The translations under genes and the position numbers were made by a program. From the IMG/VR virus record IMGVR_UViG_3300020045_007716, positions 1 through 32,630 of that record: a stretch of DNA of 32,630 bases; one strand, 5' to 3'. Positions 1 through 9,356 of this stretch are shown piece after piece. A model generated the notes under the pieces. It did no database searches and had not been told where the DNA came from. It was given only the letters and a program-made list of their open reading frames with translations. The DNA comes from a virus (lineage: Duplodnaviria; Caudoviricetes). Position 1 is the first letter of the stretch; every line of letters begins with the position of its first letter.

Positions 1-1
1 T

Positions 2-1060
2 ACTTTAACAGAAAGCAATACTTACCTGGATGCCAAAGGAGAGGAGTACCAAGACGATTATGCGCGCCCTATTCAATTACAACCCATTATTCAACCACCA
101 GAGGTAACGCAAAATGAAACCATACAAGGAAATGCCAACAAAGAAACCAGGCAAGAGCAAGAAGAAGGGCTGCAGATAGATCAACCAAAACAAGTCTTTC
201 CAGTTCAATCTATAGGCGAACAAAATTCCAGAAAAATCGAAGAGACAGTACGGCCTACTACAGGCACACAACCAGGAATTATCACAGAAAATCGTGATGA
301 GCCAAGAGCAGGCGAAGGAATTCTGAAGCAAGAACAAAGACAATCAGGATTGCAGCCGCCTGAGGCTCAAGAATTAATTGCGCCAAAAGCAGAAGACTTT
401 GAAACGGCCGGCGAGTATCATGCGGCAAGGCTTGCTTACAAGCAAAGTTTACCCGATCAGGGATTTGCCGATAAGCAAAGCGAGATAAATGATCTTAATA
501 AAAAAATAGCCAATGCGAAAAAGATACGTGACAACCTGTTAAAAAAACCGGATGGAGCAGTGCCGTCACCCATTGGCGCTGAAGCCTTTAAGAATGCGGA
601 TAACAGATATTTGGAATTAGTTGCGAAACGTGAAGAATTAGTAGGTAAAGAGCGCGGACAAGCAAGGCCTCGTGCGCAACAAAAACCACGGCTTAACATC
701 GTTAATGATTCTGACGACTTATTGTTAGCCATAGCCAAGCTAGGCGGCCTTAGCGCCTCGGAAGCAAAAGAGCAGGGCATCGACCCTGCCATGATGAAAA
801 AACGCGGCCACGGCATCAAGCGGGTGTTTCATAATAGTCCAGCGGCGCAATTTTACGACGGCATGGCGGAGACATTGCGGCAATATGGTTTTGATGTATC
901 ATCAGCTAATGACTTGGTGGATAAGGTATCGCGGGCGATTAACCAAGGTGAAAAAATATATAACCCGAAAGGAAGCGAACGCCATGCCGAATTAATGGCG
1001 CAAGAGCGCTTTGATGATGAACAAGCTCAGTTTGCGTTCACTGGCTTTGTTTTCTGGTAA
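2..1060 (+). CDS. Partial large virion protein fragment, 5'-truncated; inverted paralog of the 992-3499 gene
   Basis: Frame 2 is open from the window edge (TLTESNTYLDAKGEEYQDDYARP...) into the listed 350..1060 ORF. It shares TYLDAKGEEYQDDYA with the minus-strand large ORF. Confidence 0.7.
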   Translation, partial: TLTESNTYLDAKGEEYQDDYARPIQLQPIIQPPEVTQNETIQGNANKETRQEQEEGLQIDQPKQVFPVQSIGEQNSRKIEETVRPTTGTQPGIITENRDEPRAGEGILKQEQRQSGLQPPEAQELIAPKAEDFETAGEYHAARLAYKQSLPDQGFADKQSEINDLNKKIANAKKIRDNLLKKPDGAVPSPIGAEAFKNADNRYLELVAKREELVGKERGQARPRAQQKPRLNIVNDSDDLLLAIAKLGGLSASEAKEQGIDPAMMKKRGHGIKRVFHNSPAAQFYDGMAETLRQYGFDVSSANDLVDKVSRAINQGEKIYNPKGSERHAELMAQERFDDEQAQFAFTGFVFW

Positions 1061-3499
1061 GGCGATTTCCTGTTCTTGTGGCTTAATTTCACTTTGTAAG
1101 ACGCCATCAAGCACGGACTTGCCTGCTGCAATGCCATTAACAGTATTTTGGCGTTGCCACGCATTGTTATTGGGCGACCACTTGAAAGCCTGCGCCTTTA
1201 ATGCACTACGGACTTGTTCTGACGGCTTTTCGTCAAACAAAATTTGCACACGTCCAGCATCAAAGTTATTGACAACTTTTGCGCCTTGATATGTTTTTAA
1301 TGTTTCTGTGCCCGATTGCTTTTCAACCGATTGCTTTTCAACTCCGCGCAATGCCCAAATACTATTTTGAGGCGTGATAAGCGGTTTCTTTAAGTCCTTC
1401 TGATAATCCTGAATAGTATCCAATACCTTATTAACCAGATCGGCATTCTCATTTTTGGCTAATGTCTTTATCCGCCCAGTCAAATTATTGACAAACAATG
1501 CCCTTGATGATCCCTTTACAGTCCCTTCATCAATGCCATTAATAGTGGCTAGTGAGCTTTCAATGCCTTTCTTGATGGCAATAAATTTTTCTTCTGCAAT
1601 TTCCGCTTCTGGTCGGCTTCCTAATGCAATGGATTTTAATTTTTCACGCGCCTTATTGTCCCATTCAACCAATTCATCCAGTCGCTTGCGCTCTACTTGG
1701 TTAGCCTTTTCATTGCGCCTTACCGGAAAATTTGCAGGCCCCGTTATCATGGGCGAAAGAACTCTGGACTTTGCCTGCAAATGTGCTTGTTTCCTTTTGA
1801 TAAAGCCTTGCCGGTAATCCTCAAACGCATTATCAATGATAGTGCGCTGCTCATCAGTCTTTGCAACCTTTATGGCATCATCATAAGCTGACTGCATATG
1901 CCCAACATAATCATCCTGCTCTTGTTGGGCACGTTTTTCCGGAACATGGCTTATCCCTGAATAAGCCCTATAGGCAGAATCATAAGGAATGTCATCCTTT
2001 GAAATAGTAACGGCTTTTATTTTTTCAGGGGTGGCGCTTAATAACCCGGCATCTTCTTCCCCGGTTTTTTCATCGGCATTTTTTTCATTGGTTTCATTTC
2101 TAGTTACCTCAGTTGGTTGTTTAATGGGTACTGCATAATCATCCTGATATTCTTCTCCTTTTGCATCCAGGTAGGTATTGCCTTCAGTCAATGCTACCGG
2201 TGTGCCATCACTCAATTCATGCGTTGGCGTGAATGTTGGTTCTTCTTTAGTGGGCTCTTCAATAGGGCTTGGTAAAGAAGGCGGTCCTTCTTGAGGCTGT
2301 CCCTGGATTAATCTTGGCTTTTCTTCCAGGGGTTTTTCGGCTTCAGGGGCTTCTTCTTCCTCATTGACAATATCCTCATCGTAGCCAATATAATCAGCAA
2401 TGTCAGTATTCGGCTGTGCTGGTTGTACTGGTCTTAATTGTTGTCCTGGTGGTTGATCTTGCGACTGATCAACAGTCGGTTCACTGGGCTGTATCCTTTG
2501 TGTTCTAATTGGCCCCGCAAATCCTCCGGCCAAGCCCATCACACCACCGGTGACACCACCCATCAATCCTGCATTCAGGACGCCCTCATTCTCTTGTTGC
2601 GTTGGATCGGTATAAGCTTGTTTTGCCCGGTTAAGCGTTTGCTGCTCAAGCGCTGATTGAGGGGCTTCCTGACCTGCTTCCACAACAGCGCCCTTAGCCA
2701 TTCTTGGCAATAGGCCAGGAATCACTTCGCCCGCCGTTTTCTTGGCGATATTGCCCTTGATAGCGCCAAACACGCCGCCACCGGTCAATGCAGAAATGGC
2801 GCCTGTCTTAATTAACGTATCGGCAAAGACCGCATCACTGGCTTTCTTGGCAATCGCTTCCCTGGCTAATGAAAGCCGTTCGCCATTGGATAACGAATCA
2901 TCGGTTTTGTAAAATTCTTCCGCAAAGGACGGGTGTTTTGAAAGGGAAGAAAAGTCGGAATTCCTGATTTCTGTTTGTAGCTGCCCTGCACTGCTAGCCG
3001 CAGACACTGCGCCTTCAGCCGCGCCAAAGCCTAACCCTGAACCAATAAACGGCGCTAACTTACCCGCAACCGGAGCAATGGCTTTTGTTAACAATCCTGC
3101 GACAGGCGTTCCTGCCGCGCCCATAGCTACGGTACTAGGGATTGATTGAAATAATGACTGGCTGATAGTACCTAAATTAGCACCGCCATAATTGCCTTCT
3201 TCATCGATAAATGATTTTTGTGCGTCTTGCTGCGCTTGTTCGGATTGCCGTGCGGTTAATGTTCTTTGCAATTCAGCATTGGACTCCTGCAAAGACCGGC
3301 CAATATCTACGCCTGGCGCTCCAGGTTCGCTTATCTTTTCTAAAGCATACCCCACTTGGCCGCCCACATCGCCAATCCCTTTAAGTAAAGGGATGGTCAC
3401 ATGGCTACGTAATCCGCCAGCTTCTTCTCTAACAGGGGCTATGTCTTGTTGTAGAACTTCATATCGTGAAGGATTGTAAAGATCGGAATAGCGTGCCAT
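992..3499 (-). CDS. Large internal virion/ejection (polyvalent-type) protein, probably C-terminally truncated
   Basis: Likely start is MARYSD at 3499. Gly/Ala-rich N-terminus, acidic Pro-rich linker, then SPMITGPANFP and RVQILFDEKP..LK..FKWSP..AWQR segments seen in phage/plasmid polyvalent proteins. Follows the ejection-type genes and runs into the antisense of the plus-strand ORF. Confidence 0.65.
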   Translation of the reverse strand: MARYSDLYNPSRYEVLQQDIAPVREEAGGLRSHVTIPLLKGIGDVGGQVGYALEKISEPGAPGVDIGRSLQESNAELQRTLTARQSEQAQQDAQKSFIDEEGNYGGANLGTISQSLFQSIPSTVAMGAAGTPVAGLLTKAIAPVAGKLAPFIGSGLGFGAAEGAVSAASSAGQLQTEIRNSDFSSLSKHPSFAEEFYKTDDSLSNGERLSLAREAIAKKASDAVFADTLIKTGAISALTGGGVFGAIKGNIAKKTAGEVIPGLLPRMAKGAVVEAGQEAPQSALEQQTLNRAKQAYTDPTQQENEGVLNAGLMGGVTGGVMGLAGGFAGPIRTQRIQPSEPTVDQSQDQPPGQQLRPVQPAQPNTDIADYIGYDEDIVNEEEEAPEAEKPLEEKPRLIQGQPQEGPPSLPSPIEEPTKEEPTFTPTHELSDGTPVALTEGNTYLDAKGEEYQDDYAVPIKQPTEVTRNETNEKNADEKTGEEDAGLLSATPEKIKAVTISKDDIPYDSAYRAYSGISHVPEKRAQQEQDDYVGHMQSAYDDAIKVAKTDEQRTIIDNAFEDYRQGFIKRKQAHLQAKSRVLSPMITGPANFPVRRNEKANQVERKRLDELVEWDNKAREKLKSIALGSRPEAEIAEEKFIAIKKGIESSLATINGIDEGTVKGSSRALFVNNLTGRIKTLAKNENADLVNKVLDTIQDYQKDLKKPLITPQNSIWALRGVEKQSVEKQSGTETLKTYQGAKVVNNFDAGRVQILFDEKPSEQVRSALKAQAFKWSPNNNAWQRQNTVNGIAAGKSVLDGVLQSEIKPQEQEIALPENKASERKLSLFIIKALLRH

Positions 3500-3503
3500 A
3501 GAC

Positions 3504-4631
3504 TTATAACCGTGGGATGAAGTTACGAAGTCCAACGGATTCGGTGTAACTTTTTACTTTTCTTGGTGTATTTTTTGATAGCCCTTCATTTCTTGCCGCT
3601 TCCACATTTTTCATAGCCACTTCTTCATCAGAAAGCGCTACGGGTTGTGGCTTGGCCACCGGTTTTGGGCTTTGCTCTTGCTGCACCCGTCCAAGTGACG
3701 CATTAATCCTATCCGTCAACGCATCAGCCTGTTGCGCCCTTTCAGTTTGCCGTTGCACTAATGCGGAATGTTGTTGCGTCAATAATGCCTTTTTATCAGG
3801 ATCGACTTCACCTTGCATTGATATGGCAAGATCCCTGATCTCTTTGTCAGTCGCTTCAAGCTGCCTGCGTGTTGCATTAAGCTCGTCTTTGTCGATTGAC
3901 AGTATCTCTTTATCCGATTTTGATTCCTTTGCGAATGGGATGGCCGCCTTGAACGCCTGATTGTTGATTCTAACCGGTGTATCATTAGCCATAATAGCGC
4001 TATATTCACCTTTATCATTCACGCCGAACAGCTCAGAAACGCCGTTATTGTTGCGCATTTTAATAACCGGGTTTTCCCCGGAATCAATGCCCATTTCCTT
4101 TAAGGCATCCCTTTGAGAAGAAATATCCACTTCACCCTTATCATCTGGTGCGACAGTTTGTAGGTAAAGCCCTAAATCACCTAATAGTTTTGTCTTTCTA
4201 GCCAACTCCTGTTTTTCTTTTCGGTCTTCCATTGCCTGTGCATCAACTTGTTCTTCCCTATTCCTTTTGTAGCCAGCTTGTTCGAGTTCACGCGCTTCCT
4301 TTACGCCATAGCGCTGATTTTCCAATGCCTGTTGCGCCAGATTGGCTTCCAAAGTTTGCTGCTGAAGACCTGTTTGCATAGCTTGGTTATTGACTTGTTG
4401 TTGATTAATATCAGCATCAACTGTTAATTTTTTTTGATCAAACCCGAGCTGAGCGGCCTTGCGGCTTTGTTCATTAGCCTCGCGCATACTGGCAATGCGT
4501 TCTTGAGAAGCGTTGTTTTGGTCATTGATCGCCATTTGCCGGCGCGCCGCTTCGTCCAGTTCACTTTGTGTGGTGGCAAGCTGGTAATGCTTCGCTTGTA
4601 ATGGGGCGAAGTCTTGTAATTGAAATGCCAT
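3504..4631 (-). CDS. Putative internal virion/DNA ejection protein (Gln-rich coiled coil)
   Basis: Likely start MAFQLQ at 4631; helical Q/E/A-rich composition; podovirus gene order. Confidence 0.55.
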   Translation of the reverse strand: MAFQLQDFAPLQAKHYQLATTQSELDEAARRQMAINDQNNASQERIASMREANEQSRKAAQLGFDQKKLTVDADINQQQVNNQAMQTGLQQQTLEANLAQQALENQRYGVKEARELEQAGYKRNREEQVDAQAMEDRKEKQELARKTKLLGDLGLYLQTVAPDDKGEVDISSQRDALKEMGIDSGENPVIKMRNNNGVSELFGVNDKGEYSAIMANDTPVRINNQAFKAAIPFAKESKSDKEILSIDKDELNATRRQLEATDKEIRDLAISMQGEVDPDKKALLTQQHSALVQRQTERAQQADALTDRINASLGRVQQEQSPKPVAKPQPVALSDEEVAMKNVEAARNEGLSKNTPRKVKSYTESVGLRNFIPRL

Positions 4632-4641
4632 GGTAATCCCC

Positions 4642-5586
4642 TTAATAAACGGCGGAGGCCGTGCCGGACGCAACAGCCCTATCGTATGGAGTCAACTTAG
4701 CGGTTAATTGCTGCCGAATATCCGCCTGTTGCCGTAGATTTTCTTGCTGCTGCTGGCCCAGTTTCAATTGCTCAGAGCGTCTTGACTCATTTAGACTAGT
4801 CAGGTCTTGGTAACCTTGTGCCCTTAATTGGTCTGCCCCTATCTTAGCTTCCATAATATCTTTATTAACGCCAATCAACCCGCCACGTGCCGATATGACT
4901 TGTCCTTGTAATGCACCTTTTTGACCTACTAATCCCGCATATTGTCCAGTAGCTTGCTGTTTTGCTTGAATATCCTGATTATATTGGTTGCGCCAATCTT
5001 TGTATGCCGTATTAGCCGCATTGGTTAATCCAGCAGCGGTGGCCAGATTCAATTGTCGATCAGCGCCCTTGTTGGCGTAAGGGTTTAGCCCCTGACTCGC
5101 CATGTCACGAATCTGTTTTTCGCGGGCTTGTCCATATTGAGCGGCAGCGTTACCCATATATTCTTCACGGGTGCGAGTGGCATTAGGATCAATATTGATT
5201 CCATCGGTGAACAGGCTTTTAGATTCGTCCAATAGCGACCCGTACTCACCAATATACTTTTCCATATTGCCAATGTCACCGGTCAGCGCCTTCAATATCG
5301 GCTCTGCCTTGTCGCCAAAGTCCTTGGCATATTTACCATAACCGTCATAAATGCTTTTTAACGTGCTGACATACCCAGCCGTGGTAGCGTCATGACCCGC
5401 CATAAGGGCATCGAAAGCTTGAGCAGCCTTTCTTGCTGGAGACCTTTCTCCTGTGTCCGCTTCTTTTACATACTGATACGGCCTTTTGAAATCAGCGCCG
5501 CCAAAATAACTTATGTTCTTTACAGTACCTACGCCTGTTGCCAATTCAGGGCCATTGCTAAAATCGAAGTAATTTGAATAAGCCAT
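4642..5586 (-). CDS. Putative internal virion/DNA ejection (pilot-like) protein
   Basis: 314 aa, A/Q/G-rich and helical; lies downstream of the tail genes. Confidence 0.55.
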   Translation of the reverse strand: MAYSNYFDFSNGPELATGVGTVKNISYFGGADFKRPYQYVKEADTGERSPARKAAQAFDALMAGHDATTAGYVSTLKSIYDGYGKYAKDFGDKAEPILKALTGDIGNMEKYIGEYGSLLDESKSLFTDGINIDPNATRTREEYMGNAAAQYGQAREKQIRDMASQGLNPYANKGADRQLNLATAAGLTNAANTAYKDWRNQYNQDIQAKQQATGQYAGLVGQKGALQGQVISARGGLIGVNKDIMEAKIGADQLRAQGYQDLTSLNESRRSEQLKLGQQQQENLRQQADIRQQLTAKLTPYDRAVASGTASAVY

Positions 5587-5799
5587 TTATTTTTCCTCGC
5601 AATCTTGTTCAATCGGTGGCGTCTTACACCGGATAAGCCTTAATTCCTCAAGGATGAGCTTCTCAGTGCGCGCTATATTTGCCAATAACAATACCACATT
5701 ATTACGGTAATTAGCGGACTCTTCATAAATTAATTGTTCTTGCGGAGGCGGTTCCGCATGTACACTTCCGATCATCAATAGCAGTAAAATAATTCTCAT
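5587..5799 (-). CDS. Small hypothetical protein with signal peptide-like N-terminus
   Basis: MRIILLLLMIGSVHA; tightly coupled to neighbouring genes. Confidence 0.55.
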   Translation of the reverse strand: MRIILLLLMIGSVHAEPPPQEQLIYEESANYRNNVVLLLANIARTEKLILEELRLIRCKTPPIEQDCEEK

Positions 5800-8495
5800 A
5801 AAATAGCCGTATAGTTAAGTGATCCGTTGGCTAAAACAGTGACGCCAGACAAGGCCGTAAAATAAGATGCTAATGTACAGGCGTTGGCAGGTGTTGTTGA
5901 GTTAGCCTGTGGCTTCCTGGTATAGATAATGGCTGTTGAAGATGTTAACAATCTTGTAGTGACGTTTGCTGATGCGCTGGAAATCGCTGAACTACTAGCT
6001 GAAGCAGCTAATCTGACTAATGATGTAGTTTGTGTGTACGTTGTAGTTGACCACGTTATATTAGGCAAAGAACCGGATGAATTGCCACTTGCTAAAATCG
6101 AACCATCGGAAATACGAATAACTAACCCTGAAGCGCTCCCACCGGTGGGAAACGAAAGACTTATACTATATGTTCCTTTCGCCGTATAGCCTACGCTGTA
6201 AACAGAATATCCAGAAGCAGGAGTAAAAGATGGAAATGTTATACCAAGATTAACACTAACATTATTGTTATACGGCCCAGCCCCAGTCCCATCAAATGCA
6301 CTCGCTGTTGCTGAAGATTCGGCCGCCGGTGAAACCGTATTTTGCAAGTAATCATAAGTGACAGCGCCTGTCGAAAAAGTCGTGCCGTCCTTGTTGCTAC
6401 AAGTGTACTCGACCAGGAATTGCCAAGTATTTGCGGCTAATGTAGGCGTCACTAGCTGCATATTGTTAGCTGTCAACGTATCGGCAAGATTCAAGACAGA
6501 TGCCGCTGTGTAGGTATAGGCTCCTGTACTTCCATTGATCCGGTAACCTATCCTTGCGCTCACTTTACGCCGGTAATAATTCGATACCGTGCCCGTTCCC
6601 TTAACTGATGTAATGGACAAATTAACCGTAATCGCTGTTGAATTAGCTGCCGTCACCACCGGTGCGCTGGTAATGGCAACATCAGCCGTATTGCTTACCG
6701 TCCCGTTAACATTCGTCACCGGTGAAGTATTATCAGCCAATAATAACGAAGCAGTTGCCGTAAAACGCCAGGTTCCGCTTCCCACCGCTGTTTCCTGGAT
6801 GTTATTGGCGACAATGCTCAAGGTCTGGTCTTGCCCGCTGTTGGCGGCCTTGTAAACTTGTAAATTTCGTGGGCTTAGCGTGATGAAGGGCTGGGTAGGG
6901 TAAGACTTGGTTAAAGTAACAATATCGCCATTATTCGCCACGCCTGTTTCAATCGTGGTCAATGACTTCGCAAGCACATGAATGGCACCATTCCATGTCC
7001 AGGCTTCAATAGAGCCGTTTTTGATCAAAATATAATTGCCGCCAGCCCATCCTGCCTGCGGATCGGCAGAATCGCTACCTATTTCAATTTCCTTGTTGAC
7101 CAAATCAATTACAAAGCGTCCATCGCCGGATTTCAATGTTCCAGCCGTCACATCTCCTAAATTGGCGCTTAAGGCCGATAAGGTCAGCGCAAATATCTTG
7201 TTTGCGCTCAATTGGGTTACTTGGCTGTCACCAATACCTTGCGTAGCCGCCACGGTTCCGGATGAACTAACCGAACCATTAACCAAATTGAATGCGCTTT
7301 CAATGCCAGTTCGGCTAATAGCTTTGATCCAGTAATATTGCTGATTGCTGACGCCTTCAGGAACATAGTCATCAAAAATTGTGTATTGCGTCGTGCCTAT
7401 GATCGATGCCGTTGTCCGGTCGTCTACGCTGTTACGGTAAATATTGAAATGATCGACATTGCCGGAGCTGGATGTCCAGGTCAGGACGTTATGGAGGATT
7501 AAGGCGGCAACCGTGATATTATCCACGGCATTAGGCACGGAATTATCGACAGTAGCAGCGGCCGCATTCTTGACCACGACAACGGGTTGAACCGCCTTAA
7601 CCGTTTGTCCTGCATACGTACAAGTAACAAGGACGCGGTCATTGCCGGTATTGGTGTAAGCAGGCGCTACGGTAGGCGTAAATGTTGGCGTTGAAACTGA
7701 TCCACTCAGGACGCCTTCTGCTGTCCATGCATACGTAACCGGAGTAACTAATACGCCATCCTCGTAAAGTTCGACACTGAAAGCCGTAGGGGCTGGAAGT
7801 GGATTATTGCCTGACGAGTCATAGGTGACATTCGTTTTGCCACCAGTAATGAAAAGAAGATAGGTTTTCCCATTGGTTCCATTGGTTCCATTGGTTCCAT
7901 TCGTGCCGTTAGTCCCTGGCGCTCCGGTTTCCCCATTTTGTGCCAGCTTGCTGATGGCAATGGGTTCGTTTGCCCGGATGGTTTGTCCGGCATAGCTGAC
8001 AATCAAAGAAACGGCATTATCCGCCTTGGAGCCATCAAATGTTGCGGCTACGGTGGGCGTAAACGTGGAACTGGAACTGGTGCCTGACAGAAGGCTGGAA
8101 GCGCCGCCCGGTATGAACCAGTTGTAACTGATGCCAACGGTAATCAATGTGCCGTTTTTGTACAGCTCTGCCGAGAATGGCGTCATGGCAGGAAGAGGAT
8201 TCAGGCCATTTGCGTCATAAATAATGGTAGTCCTGCCGCCTAAAATATCCAGGATGTACGTGTCGCCATCGACCCCATTGGAGCCGGATGCACCGGATGG
8301 CCCAGGCGGTCCCGTGGTGACACCAACCAATGCTGTCGATACTGCTTGCTGAAGTTGCGCCTGATCAACGGCATTTTCCGTCCCGGTCGGCAAACTGCGC
8401 AAGAACTCGATGTTCGTCTTGATCGTGTTCAGCAATTGATAAAGCTGCGGGTCAAGTGCACCGGGGATACTGGGGATGGACGGGATATTAGCCAT
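5796..8495 (-). CDS. Tail fibre / receptor-binding protein
   Basis: 899 aa, T/S/G-rich. Short collagen-like GXX runs, two copies of an Ig-like module (TYILDILGGRTTIIYD / TYLLFITGGKTNVTYD), an FN3-like segment (LTW...FNIYR...YYWIKAISRTG.ES) and LSALSANLG.VTAG. Confidence 0.8.
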   Translation of the reverse strand: MANIPSIPSIPGALDPQLYQLLNTIKTNIEFLRSLPTGTENAVDQAQLQQAVSTALVGVTTGPPGPSGASGSNGVDGDTYILDILGGRTTIIYDANGLNPLPAMTPFSAELYKNGTLITVGISYNWFIPGGASSLLSGTSSSSTFTPTVAATFDGSKADNAVSLIVSYAGQTIRANEPIAISKLAQNGETGAPGTNGTNGTNGTNGTNGKTYLLFITGGKTNVTYDSSGNNPLPAPTAFSVELYEDGVLVTPVTYAWTAEGVLSGSVSTPTFTPTVAPAYTNTGNDRVLVTCTYAGQTVKAVQPVVVVKNAAAATVDNSVPNAVDNITVAALILHNVLTWTSSSGNVDHFNIYRNSVDDRTTASIIGTTQYTIFDDYVPEGVSNQQYYWIKAISRTGIESAFNLVNGSVSSSGTVAATQGIGDSQVTQLSANKIFALTLSALSANLGDVTAGTLKSGDGRFVIDLVNKEIEIGSDSADPQAGWAGGNYILIKNGSIEAWTWNGAIHVLAKSLTTIETGVANNGDIVTLTKSYPTQPFITLSPRNLQVYKAANSGQDQTLSIVANNIQETAVGSGTWRFTATASLLLADNTSPVTNVNGTVSNTADVAITSAPVVTAANSTAITVNLSITSVKGTGTVSNYYRRKVSARIGYRINGSTGAYTYTAASVLNLADTLTANNMQLVTPTLAANTWQFLVEYTCSNKDGTTFSTGAVTYDYLQNTVSPAAESSATASAFDGTGAGPYNNNVSVNLGITFPSFTPASGYSVYSVGYTAKGTYSISLSFPTGGSASGLVIRISDGSILASGNSSGSLPNITWSTTTYTQTTSLVRLAASASSSAISSASANVTTRLLTSSTAIIYTRKPQANSTTPANACTLASYFTALSGVTVLANGSLNYTAIL
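7870..7901. repeat. 9-bp tandem repeat CCATTGGTT x3.5 encoding collagen-like GTN
   Basis: Directly visible in the sequence. Confidence 0.85.
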
Positions 8496-8562
8496 TTTTT
8501 ATCAATTCATTCTATTTTTTAAAGTCTACTCTTTTTACTGGGAAATGCTATTTTTTTATCCT

Positions 8563-8590
8563 ACTTCGCATAATATGTATTATGTTAAAT
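8563..8590 (+). other. dif: dif-like XerC/XerD recombination site 1
   Basis: ACTTCGCATAA-TATGTA-TTATGTTAAAT. The XerD arm is identical to E. coli dif, with 11-6-11 geometry. Confidence 0.9.
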
Positions 8591-8640
8591 AGCTCTAGCC
8601 ATCATGTCATAAGGTTTTGACGTGGTATTTACCGTTAAAA

Positions 8641-8668
8641 CTTCGGAATAATATGCATTATGTTAAAT
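8641..8668 (+). other. dif: dif-like XerC/XerD recombination site 2
   Basis: CTTCGGAATAA-TATGCA-TTATGTTAAAT. Perfect XerD arm, degenerate XerC arm. Confidence 0.8.
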
Positions 8669-8989
8669 AGACATAACAAACCTATCATTAGACTGTAACT
8701 GGTAGGGATAATATAAAGAGTGTTTTTCTTCCTCTTTTTCTATTTTTGCCAGCCCTTAATGCATCAGCTTATTTGCACTTGACATTTTCGGTGTAACTAT
8801 CCCCGATTCGAGAAAATGCCCAATCTCTATCACATCCCTGTGAAATCCCAGTATAAACGAGTGTTTGTACCCCAGTTGGAGTCGGTTAGCCTAAGCCCTT
8901 GCTGATGTATGCCATTACGATGGCCGATTCACTTTTTTGGGGATCAGGCATGAAATGACCTAACCTATCGTGCCCCAGACTGTTTAAAT

Positions 8990-9250
8990 TTATCTTCTCA
9001 TTTGGTACGTCGAGTAATCATGGGTTTTCAAATCATACACTTCAATATTGACAGTGCCGTTGCCATTGTCTCGGATATTCTGAACTTCCACGTCGTGATA
9101 ATCCCGGTCGCCGTAATCATAGGCGCTGATGCTTCGGCCTTGTTGGACTTGCTCGTTGGGGTGTATCTCGATCGCGTCTGATGACTCGTCGTAACCGCTT
9201 AGGGCGAAGGCTTGGGTTGATAATAGGAGTAATGCAATTAGTGTTTTCAT
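8990..9250 (-). CDS. Small exported moron protein (DUF5334-like)
   Basis: Likely start MKTLIALLLLSTQAFA (signal peptide) with GAGG RBS; motif YDY....YHDVEVQ.I......V.IEVYD. Confidence 0.6.
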   Translation of the reverse strand: MKTLIALLLLSTQAFALSGYDESSDAIEIHPNEQVQQGRSISAYDYGDRDYHDVEVQNIRDNGNGTVNIEVYDLKTHDYSTYQMRR

Positions 9251-9356
9251 TTCAAAATCCTCAAAAATGTTCAATCCTAAAAAGGGTTGTGGCAGAGGGT
9301 AGGATTAATTCCCTCGTTCGGCCGCTAAACCTAGCCACAAAACTATTATACGCTTT

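Noticed and set aside
5796-8990. Diversity-generating retroelement or invertase acting on the tail fibre
   Set aside because: No reverse transcriptase, TR/VR pair or invertase is visible in the window.
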